A DNA stretch of 64,000 nt from Phallusia mammillata (lineage: Eukaryota). Each line of letters opens with the position of its first letter. Positions within the stretch are counted from its first letter, which is position 1. Positions 53,901 through 64,000 of this stretch are shown here, one piece after another. The notes beneath the pieces are model-generated. The model had not been told where the DNA came from and searched no databases. It was given only the letters and a program-made list of their open reading frames with translations. The translations under genes and the position numbers were made by a program. The stretch lies in the NCBI GenBank assembly GCA_965637545.1, contig OZ281496.1:25358001-25422000 (forward strand), read 5' to 3'.

Positions 53901-56900
53901 ATGCAATATGCAATCCCACAGATAGGCACGCGATTTCACGCATTAACAAAGAGTCTTTAATGCTCACACCATAGCATGCATATTTGACACCATAAGTCAA
54001 CTAATAGATAAACTTCATTCACGCTATTTTGGGTTTAACGTTTGCTTAAATGTTTGTAACCTGTGCAAACAAAGGTAACGTAAAGTGTGTAAATGACAAG
54101 GAAGTTCCTGTAGTATTCAGGTGATTAAGAAGCGATTAACTTTTACGAGCGTTTGTAGACCTGTTGCAAACGAGATTGTTATTTCGCTTGTTTTGACGCG
54201 TTGTCCCAAAATTGTACTTTTTAGGCGTATTTTTGTTAACATGACTAGCGAAAAATAATGAGATATCGTGAATTTTTAGGTAATGCCCAAGAGTACATAA
54301 GTTCTTCCGGGGTTCGAGCCCCTGGCGCCGTCGAACGCTCAAAGCGTCGGCAACTAGGGGGCAAATGCTACTGGGGCAGAGTAAGCAGTCTGTTGACAGC
54401 TGACGTGAGTTGGTTACGGTCTGTACCGATTTTTACTGACCCGTGTTACGGAGCAATTTGGGCATGTTTCTCAGTCACGGCACTTCAACCGCAATTAGGC
54501 CGCAAGAAACGGGAAAGGCCTGTATTTCGCTAGTGCTACTAGTTCTCTTGAGGCTCCATGCATATGAAACAACATTACATACGAATAGCCACCCACGTTG
54601 TGTGTAAGTTACCGTATTCGAGCACTTTGGGCAACACATAGGTTTGCAGAGAGTTTTTCTCAAACAACCTCGCCCAGTTTTAAGTCAATCCTAATTATTG
54701 AAAAAGCGGTGTGGCCTATCTTGAACTTGAGGTTGGGCTTTGGAAAACATAGTTTAAATAGCTCCTTTTCCCACAATTTGATTCATCGAATGCCATGTCC
54801 CAGATGCGTTTACCAGAACTAGGGTGTTTTCCTAACCTTGCCACCTTAAACCAGACATCCCTGTTCCGTTTTCTACAAATTGATGACCACATCAAGTGGT
54901 TGTAGTTTTTATCCACCAAGTAACGAGCTTAAAATATACAGTCTTCGCTTCAAAGCGGCTGTTTTCATGGCGATATTAGCTCTACAATATGTGTTTATCG
55001 CATTGGCATATTTAAACAGACGCGAGTAAGTTAACAACCCTGTGGTGCGAAATTAAAGGCGGATCAATAGCTTGTTTGGTAACCTTCACGAAATTAAATT
55101 TAATCTTCACCTATGCATGAGCACATACACGTAAGAAACGAAGCAAATTAGGCTTGAAATTTTCTATTATAAAGTCTTTGTTTTGGGAAACGTGCATGAT
55201 AAGTTAGAGTGTTAGACGCTTCAATGCGCCCTAAATTGTATCAACAGGAGTTTCATGAGTCAGCTACGCAGGTTTCGGGCCGTTCCGCTAAAATTGCGTA
55301 ACATTGAATTTGACATTAAAATCGAATGAGAAATGTTCAATTTTAATACATTTTCTCGCATATTGATATTTACACTGTCTACCACTTCATTTTGTCGCAT
55401 GCTAAAGCGCAACACAGACTCGATATACAGTTCTACACCAAGCAACCTGGACGCTATTTGTAGTTTGGAACTATACTACAAATAGTCGTTTTCCTGATAC
55501 TAGTAAATTCAGTCTGGCGCCTTGTTAAATGCCAAAGGTCAGACGCCTGGCAGAGATATGGGGTTGTAAACAGGAAAATGCGTTAATAATTCACGTTTTG
55601 GGGTCGTTGAGTATTGGCTTGCGTTGACTGCTTATAAATTAAGCGGCCAATTTAGCTACATGGTTACCGTCTCGATTTTGCATTGACATTCAGCCACTAA
55701 AGGAATAGGCCGGCGAGAATTACGGTTGAATAAACAGAGTCAACTGTCGAGATCAAAGACCTTGGTGTGGTTTAATGATTTTTCCTAAACGATCTCTTTA
55801 TGGGCCAACTTAAATTTTTGTTAACATTGAGTGGATCGTTAGGGTGTAGTTCAAAGCAAGTGTGGCTTTATTCTGACTAAGAAATGTAAATACGGGTACA
55901 ACTTGTACTTTTGGATTTTCCGCATTTGTTTTTCATTCTGCGAATATGAATATTCACTACAAAATTGCAACCCGCCATCAGCAAAACACCTCTGTTTTCT
56001 ACACTGCCCCCCTGACATTTTGAGCTAGCCACAACATGTGCGTAATGCCTAACGCGTGACATGAATACTATGATTGGTGAAGCTAAAACCCACGCAAAGT
56101 CTTTACCATCGAACACATCTGGTCCTGCTTTCCATTACAGACAATTTGCAAAACAAAATGACCTCGTCGAAATCAAATCCATTCACAACACAACACACAC
56201 AGAAACACATGCAACACGGTAACATATTCTTCCTTGTAAAGGTTTGCGGTTTTATAATTTAACCCAGATTTTACGATTTGAATAAAACCAACATTTTGAA
56301 ATTCAATATATTCTGGGCGACCAGATAGAAACTTTTTTGGATGACAAAACTCATTTCTGGTGTAGTTTGGATATTCGTATAAATTGCAAAAAATCTCTTA
56401 AGTGTATAATAAGTTTGTCGTAGAGTTGTTTATTGAGCTGTTTCTTACAAAGCAATTTCTTTATGAATCCAATAAAGATAGAACGATTTTTTTATGTTTA
56501 GAACGTTCCAATCCTATTTTAAAAAGTTTCGCTTCTATTAAGGTTACAATACTGAATCCAACTTTTATAAAAAAATTCAAAAATTCAAAATGGCAAATGT
56601 GAATACCAGTGCATTGCGACTGTTCCAAACGGCATTCCAAAGGCACACGACAAAACAAACTCGAAAAAAACTTACTTTCTGTTGTTGGCAAAGGCGAGGA
56701 GGTTGTCGTTGCGTTGGTGATAGTGACGCACGGATGGGTATCAGTGAACTTGGAGCAGTTGAGCATCTCTGGCCATTCAAAGGAGAAATCGCTCATGATT
56801 TGCCTACAAGCCGACTGTACGCTAAGACATAGCGAACGGCAGGGAGGTATTGGACCTCCGCTCAGACAAACCGGCGAAAACAGAGAACATAGAAAGATTT

Positions 56901-57195
56901 TGGTATGCGGATGACATCGGGTTGCAAGCAAGGGCACAAAGCTTACAGACTGGCGATGCGCCTCGTCCAACGATTCGTGGCTAAAAAAGTTAGGCAGCAT
57001 CATTTCCCTGTAGCCGACGTCTCGACATAATTTCATGTTTGCTGGAATTGGTACGCAATGTGACGGCTGCCGCACATACTGTCCTATTGCTGTTGCAAAT
57101 GTCCGATGGCCAGATTGTATAATGGCGAGCGTTAAAATCAGTCCGCTTACTAGCACGCCAGCTTTGTGGGCGGTCCACGAGGTTTCGGGCGTCAT
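44971..57195 (-). CDS. sFRP1/5: Secreted frizzled-related protein, sFRP1/5 type (~323 aa)
   Basis: Exons 56676-57195 (signal peptide + 10-Cys Frizzled CRD: CVPIPANMKLC..GY..M.LPN...CHPHTKIFLCSLFSPVC...PCRSLC...WPEMLNC), 51575-51646 (GICAPC...DNFCASEF) and 44971-45350 (netrin/NTR domain: CDC...FLVMGRKV...HKWDKKNK...C). Both introns are phase 1, giving the same 3-exon layout as vertebrate SFRP1/2/5. HKWDKKNK matches SFRP1/5 rather than SFRP2. Confidence 0.92.
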
Positions 57196-57540
57196 TTTTC
57201 CGCCGAAAGCTCTCCAAAGCGTCAATGTCCTCCCGTAAGGCTAATCTTCGTCTCAATCGACGGATTGTAAAAAAAATTAAATCAACTCCTCTGTGGGCAA
57301 AAAACAAGTCGTTTAGCATGTACACAAACTATTCCAAATATGGAAAACTCTGTCACCATGAACTCAACATGGCGATTTCTCAAGCTCATGAGCTATGGGC
57401 TCGCTTTTGTATATTCTGTCTTTTTTCTTTTGCCGCGCAAATTTAGCACCTGAGGCCTGTTTTTCCCCAACGCTGCATACCTAAAAGCCGCCGTCTGCGA
57501 CGATGGTTAACTACACTTACCGTGAGTCCGAGTACGAGTC

Positions 57541-57720
57541 AAGGCGCTATTTCCGCTCGGCGTTGGTCATCAAGGCCATTTCCTTTACTCCGCTACTATT
57601 TGCCTTTTACCAAACACCAAGGGCATCTGCACGACTCCTTGAGATCAAACCCTAGTCTCCGACCACGTTTTGCGTTTTTTCCTACAAGTCGAACCGTTCA
57701 TTTACATTGGCGTGACGTCA
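57541..57720 (-). promoter_or_regulatory. Candidate sFRP1/5 promoter and non-coding first exon
   Basis: Consensus minus-strand donor G|GTAAGT at 57541/57540; perfect CRE TGACGTCA at 57713-57720 adjacent to a minus-strand CCAAT (57706-57710). Motif-based only. Confidence 0.35.
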
Positions 57721-60700
57721 AGACAATTAGTGCACTACTACTCACTGCTGTAATGTTGACATTGCGAATTTTAGCGGGGAATTTTTACGCGTGGGATGAG
57801 AGTTAAAGAAATGTGCTCGTGCTTTTGTTGCTGCTAAACCACACTGCTGAGCAAATACAACTGATAGCTTTTTCGGGTGGCCAATTCAAACTATAAGACC
57901 ACTCCTATCGCACGAAATATTTAAAAACCAAATCGCAATGCGTCATACTGAGTTATAACAAATAAACAGACTGAAGAACTGCTTTTTCAGTAATGGTTTT
58001 AACCAGCCTCTAGGAATTGTGAACTGACGCTAACAAAATACCAAAACTCCTCTATCGCAATGTACACCAAAGCTTTAACTGACTCGTTATGTTCACAAGT
58101 ATGCGACAAAAAACTGTAATTCTAAGTTAAAGAAAAAAAACTCGATAAACCATAAGATCGTCATACTTTTAAATGCCATTCCAAAGACGTAATTCTCCCA
58201 GACAGTGCACGAATGTACATTGACCACGTCAACTCGATCAAAGGTTTTCAGTTTCATAAACGGACACGCTTCTTAGTCTCACATAACCCTTCCAACATCC
58301 ACGCACCAATTAAGTTCTTCCTATGACGGACGTCAAGCTACAAGGCGAGTATTTAGGTTGGCGAAATTCCACCGATTTTGTTCTTACTTGGCGCCGTGAG
58401 GCAAATTAACGAACTCACGCTGTGTAATAAGGATACGCTCTGCACTCGCCAATTAAAGATAATTTCAATTGTAGGATTCAGACAGCGACGGACTTAATGA
58501 CGTAATCGGACTTGAAGGACGTAATCTCAGTCAAGTGGTTCTTTATGGGTGACATTGTTTTACCTTCTTCTACTTGACTTTGACATATAGTTACCAATTT
58601 GGTTGGTTAATATCATTCGAACCATGAGCTAATCGCCAATTTACAAATTTGTTCCTCAACAGGGATAAAATGTTTGTTAAAAGCGCCCCAATACGCAAAT
58701 ACTTTAGGATAATTCGCGCGTATACATTTTTGTCGGTTTTGCTCTCTCGTGCAGTATCGCGCTAACAGCGTCAGTTTATCTAATTCGCGACTATAAATCA
58801 CCTCAGACAATTCGTTGAAAATGTACCTTGTTTTTGCGTCAAGAACACCCTTAAGAAGCCCACATGGGCTTGTGTAAAGCGGCGTGATATCAGCTTTAGT
58901 TCGTTTTAAAGCCCTTAGGTTAATACTAAGACGGTTTGGAATGCGCTGAGGCCTGTTAACTGGCGTTACCTTACCGAGCGTGCTGTGACGTAGTGTCGCC
59001 GGCACGCTGATTGAGTGGTTTAAACCTTGGCTGATCGATTGTCAAGTAGCCCTAGAACTAGTGATGAAACTTGGGTGAAACATTTCTTCCAACGAAGGCT
59101 GCTTTGCCTATGTTACGCTTATAAAACGATGAAAGCCGACCGCAGGTACGCAGCGAGACGGCATGCACAGAAGCGCGCTAATCTAATTACGCCCGTTGAT
59201 AGACGCCTAAGCAGAGAACTCCTTCACGCGTGCCCCAGACGCATGAAAGTAACACCACTTGAGTTAAGATTAGGCGCAACATAAAGCTTGTTATTGCCGA
59301 AAGCGAGCCAACACCGGGCGAAAGCTGAGCATTTAGCAAACACCAACTGATGCGGTTGTCTCGTAGTTAACGCTTGCCCGTGCGTAAACATGAGGCCTCT
59401 GACTTCCGCATGATTTCATTCCACTCATTAGCGGGCGCTTGACTTTGGCTTGCTTTGACCTCAAAATCGCGCGTGTATAACCTCAAAATCAGTTGTGTTT
59501 ATCGCCATAACTTGACCTGTGTGTTGTCGGCAAGCCTGCTGTGCGAATGCATTTGTTGCCTGCAAACGCGGATCTCAATGCAGGAACGCGAACCTTATGC
59601 CCTCAATGACGTGATTCGGTCGGAGTTTGTGTGGAACAATAGGCACCTCGTGCTTGTGACGTGAATATCAAGAACGCTTGCTTTTGTGAAGGTCATCTCC
59701 TGACGCCGTCAATCACTCAGTTGTTTGCTCAGCGGGTATAGAACCGCTTAAGAATGCATTTTATCTGATGGCTTCGGCAATTATGTTGCGACAAGTTTAC
59801 TGGTATTACATTCACACAATGATTAACGTGCTACTCCATAACAAAATATCCTAATTACGTAAATAACATACTGAAGAACCGTATTAAATTCACTGCTTCG
59901 TATCTGCAAAAGCTACCTAAAGAGCAGTAAAATCTGCTATCTAAAACCTTGAATTTAAATTCAACCTCCAATGGGTAACAGACACTATACACATTTGGAG
60001 TTTGTTTGAACTACTGAGTTCATTTGGCTGAAGAGCTACTTTCTAGTCCTTCCACCATGCTTGCTGCTGCTATAATCTACTTCGAACGTTACTGCCAATT
60101 AGCCTAACAGTGGAAACAGAAATTAAGCTGTTTAGCGAATCTAGCTGTTTGACCTTAATCGTCCGAAACAGACAACAAGGTATTAAGCAAGCAAGCAGAC
60201 CGACCAGCGATTGCGGAAAGAAGTCACGCACTCAGGGTCTACCATTTGTTTAACCAGTCTGCCACGCAAAACAGCTGACTGGCGGACGAGGACATAGGCG
60301 CAAATTAAAAGTTCCCTTTAGCGCCTACATTTCGACGCTACCATTCTTGAAGCTAGATTTATGGTGTGGTATGCAATCCTGCTAGATTTAAGATCCTGTT
60401 TTTCAATGTAAAACACGATACAATTTTCCTAGGATAACGTTTTCCAATGTCTATGAAAGATTTATTGCTCAATCACGTTTAAACACAAGGTATGGGGCGA
60501 AGTGCATTCCGGCTATTATGTATGATCGTATTAAGCGGTCAAACTTTGTCTCGTGATTAACGACTTAAAATATACGTATTAATGTATTTTTTAATCATGT
60601 TGTTTTGCTTGTAAAGTTGAAAATTTGCGGCCAAAACCAATTTGCATCGAGGTGTATTATATTGCTCCAACATGTCCAGCCAACATTAGGTATGAAAAAC

Positions 60701-62416
60701 ATAATCGTACCATAACAATGTGTACAAAAGCTCATTACGTTACAATAACCAGCATACATAACCTACACCCTTTCATGAATGTGGACGACTATCGTCTAAA
60801 ACACACCACAAAGACTAACTCATTTTTACAACTATAACACATATTGAATATGTTGCTTTTGGGTTTCTCATTGCCGCACGCCCCTTTGCTAAATTTTCAC
60901 ATCATTTCTAGTGATAGTCAATACAGTTATACGACTTTGTAAAGGCCGCAACAACAGTCTATACCGGATACACCCAGCTAAGCAAATCTCAAACTGGGCT
61001 CATAAATCGGGCAAAAATTGTTACTCATAAAATTTTATTACCTCTTTTCCACGCAGTAGCCTGTTAGTTGGCTTAACACACAGCACCTTTTGCAGTTTTA
61101 AAACTAAACAAACTCGAAATTTGTCGCTATGTCCCTATCCACGCATCCGGGCTCTACTTTGCTTTATCGCTTTTAATGGCGTATTTTATTAACGTCAGTA
61201 TGATTTACGGCCAGGCGTTAGTTTAAATTTGAAACGTTTTCCAGTTTTAAGCTAACTTACGACTGTTTTGTGCATATGTCGTATTGATTTTAATAATTTT
61301 AACAAGCCTGCGAAGTTATTACTGATCATTTGATGTTAACAAAGAATAAACATCTAGATCCCTTAATACAATGCAACGTTTTCAACGTTCAAGACAATGT
61401 TACAAAGGCAAACCTAATCCTGCGTATCAGTTAGGCGGATGTAGAAAATCTGCTTCAGTTTTCAGCCACAAAACTGAACTTTACGCTGAGTTTAAAGTCT
61501 CTTTCACATTGACTGAAAACCTTAGCTTCGGCAAATAATTTGTTTACATAAAACTGCTGCATGCAAAACAGAGACCATGTCGAATTGTCTGCACAAACCA
61601 TCTCCAGACGTGAAGCCATCCGTGTCCAGCGAATTATCACAAAGTCGCAGAACTTATTGGAGATTAACTCGCCTTCTGCGCTTCCTGGGACCTTGTGCCT
61701 TTCTCCTTAATCTCAGCTCTCTTTTTACATAATTCACCAACCACGGTGCTCGTGTGGAGGTTCTATTGTGCTGCCTGGAACTTATCTGCTGCGAAATCAA
61801 CCAAAAAATCAAGCCTGTATCCCGGGCCTATTCGTCCCGCCGGACGAGATTATTTGCTTTGCCCCATTTTTAGGGCTTACCTTTTTGCCTGTGGCTGGTC
61901 GCGCCGGCAATTAATTCGCCAGAGTAAGGACGCTATCGCTTTTCCAATCTTCCTCTCACCCTCAAACTGAATTGGGCTTTATCTCGAAACGTGAGATTGC
62001 TGCGGTAAATCACCTGGTTCTATACACACTCCCTGATAACTAGAACTCTCTGGCATTTAAGGAGTACATTGGACGGTATTTAAAGTAGCGATAAAGCCAA
62101 TGAATTCGATTGCAAGTCAAACAATCGAGCTCGTGTTGTTGCATTTTGGCGACTATGCAAACTAATAATACCACGGCTATCTTTCCAGCGAAATTTCTCT
62201 GGCTACTGTAACCTACTCGCACGTGACATAAGGGGGTGTTTTTCAAACAGTTGAAAGTTCACGAAGCAGGGTTTGATAAAGCAAGAACATTATACTAACA
62301 GTTCTCGATAAAATTGCGTTTTTACTGATTCAGCCAGTAATGCTTTTTGTATGTGTTTGAAACATTTGTGCATGCCCATGACAATTTTTTTCAACGCCGT
62401 TTCTCTTCCCCTAAAT

Positions 62417-62447
62417 CAGTGGTCCCCAACTTATGGGCCACGGCCTA
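62417..62447 (+). mobile_element. hAT terminal fragment
   Basis: CAGTGGTCCCCAACTTATGGGCCACGGCC preceded by CCCTAAAT (TA at positions 4-5); other end not found. Confidence 0.35.
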
Positions 62448-64000
62448 GCAGTAGCGTATAACGAAAAATGCTGTCAAAATCGCTTCTAAAAACCGCTAAA
62501 GCAACATGTAATGAGCCTTTGATTAAATATTTGGGCCAAAGAATAAGAAGTTAAGGGAAACACTACCCGAAACTATGTTCTTCTACCAACCTATTAAACT
62601 AAGCGGCTGACACGATCAGGTGAAAATTTAAGACTTGTGGAAACCAGCTTTCTCCTCGAACACTTCTCAGACTGTTCCCACGCATGAAACTTCACCTCTT
62701 GTAGTTATGAAATATCGCGGTTTAAAACTTCTTCTTTGCTCCAAACCCACAAGGAGAATACAATCCCCCCTGCGGGTCTCCCTCGAAGGCAAACAAACTT
62801 GGCATTAAACACAGCTAATCTTACATAATTAGTACAAACCCAGCGCCATACCAGTAAGCATTGTTATTTTGTTGGTCCAGGGTTGCAAGTCCCAGCGGGA
62901 CTAATGATTGGCAAACAGAGTACGCCGATTGGTGTGTTTGTTTTTGCACCTGTTTACCTGCCTATAGTCGCCTGCTGTGATTATTCGGCTCCCATGACTC
63001 AGGTTTAGAAAGCCACAAGGCGTTAGATGCCAAGTGTTTAAGTGCACACTTGCTGACAGATAGACGTGCTTTCTGTCGCGGGTAAATCTAAGAAAAACGA
63101 AATCTTTAGGGCGTCGACTTGACCTTAGAATCTTAATTGTAGAGGAATTACTGTTTCTCTTGTTAATTCCCACAGTTTTCACAAAAGAACTTTCGTAAAA
63201 AAAATCCCGGGCGTGGCATTTTCGTTCTTGCAAATGCTATTTTAATTATGGTTTACATTTTGTTTAATTTTACCACAGCAGCGGTTTTGATCATGTTTTC
63301 TGGATTCAAAAGCCTTGTTTTTGACCACTGAAAGTGAACATAAAGGTTGCACTTAATGACTCGTTGTATCTTCGTCATTTATAACTAGTTGCTAAATTTC
63401 TATGGCATTATTTTACAATTCAATCAAAACCATGAGTTTTGACTTAAGCTTTGTTTATTTGACATTGTAAATGTGTATGAAAACAAACCAATGCCTATAC
63501 CCTTATTAGGAAATATGAATTGTGACTTCGATTACTAAACCAGCTATAATCTGAAAGCCAAAACGCCTTTTAATTCACAACTCATTTTGAACTTAGTTAA
63601 GACTTAGCCTTAGACAACCTTAATCTACCATGGTTTCTTATTTCATATTAACGTCCCAAACTCATGCCATACGAGATTAACCGCTGGGATGATTGTGAGT
63701 AACGGGTCCAATTTCTAACTTAAACTTGGGATTGACTCGCCCTTGAAAGCGCCTTCAAGTTCAGATCGCAATCTGTTTCTGGCTCTTGGCCTCTGAAGTG
63801 GTTTCATCATATTTGCCTGGTGAACATTGAACCCTTGCTGAGTTTATAGCGGTTTCAGCGCTCGTGTTGAAACAACTTAACCCGGCAGAACATAAAGATA
63901 AATATTTGATTTTCTTGGCACGTCTAAATACCCCAAATCCTTCAAAACACCATTTCAATTTAAGCTGCCACACACTTTGGGTTATGTTCAAATGTAATGT

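Noticed and set aside
58613-59005. 130-aa minus-strand ORF upstream of sFRP
   Set aside because: Non-ATG start, no domain recognised, no convincing exon boundaries.
59179-59189. Paired-homeodomain P3 palindrome TAATCTAATTA upstream of sFRP
   Set aside because: TAATNNNATTA is expected several times by chance at this AT content; cannot be supported without conservation data.

Overview
Eukaryotic, AT-rich, intron-containing genomic DNA with compact introns; an ascidian/tunicate-like invertebrate is my guess, not something the sequence proves. I reconstructed five multi-exon genes by hand from splice sites and reading-frame phase. (1) A minus-strand signal peptide + CUB + at least 18 EGF-repeat protein that runs off the left edge. 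(2) Facing away from it, a plus-strand 8-exon O-fucosyltransferase-like (PF10250-type) type II membrane protein. (3, 4) A tandem pair of minus-strand paralogues, each built from eight copies of a ~33-aa six-cysteine module that I cannot assign to a named family; one is membrane-anchored on a mucin stalk, the other secreted and basic. (5) A 3-exon sFRP1/5-type gene. The window also holds several hAT MITEs with perfect 8-bp TSDs (one nested in another), a tRNA-derived element and a near-perfect 67-bp minisatellite. The most novel-looking signal is the six-cysteine-repeat gene pair, followed by the head-to-head EGF-array/fucosyltransferase arrangement.
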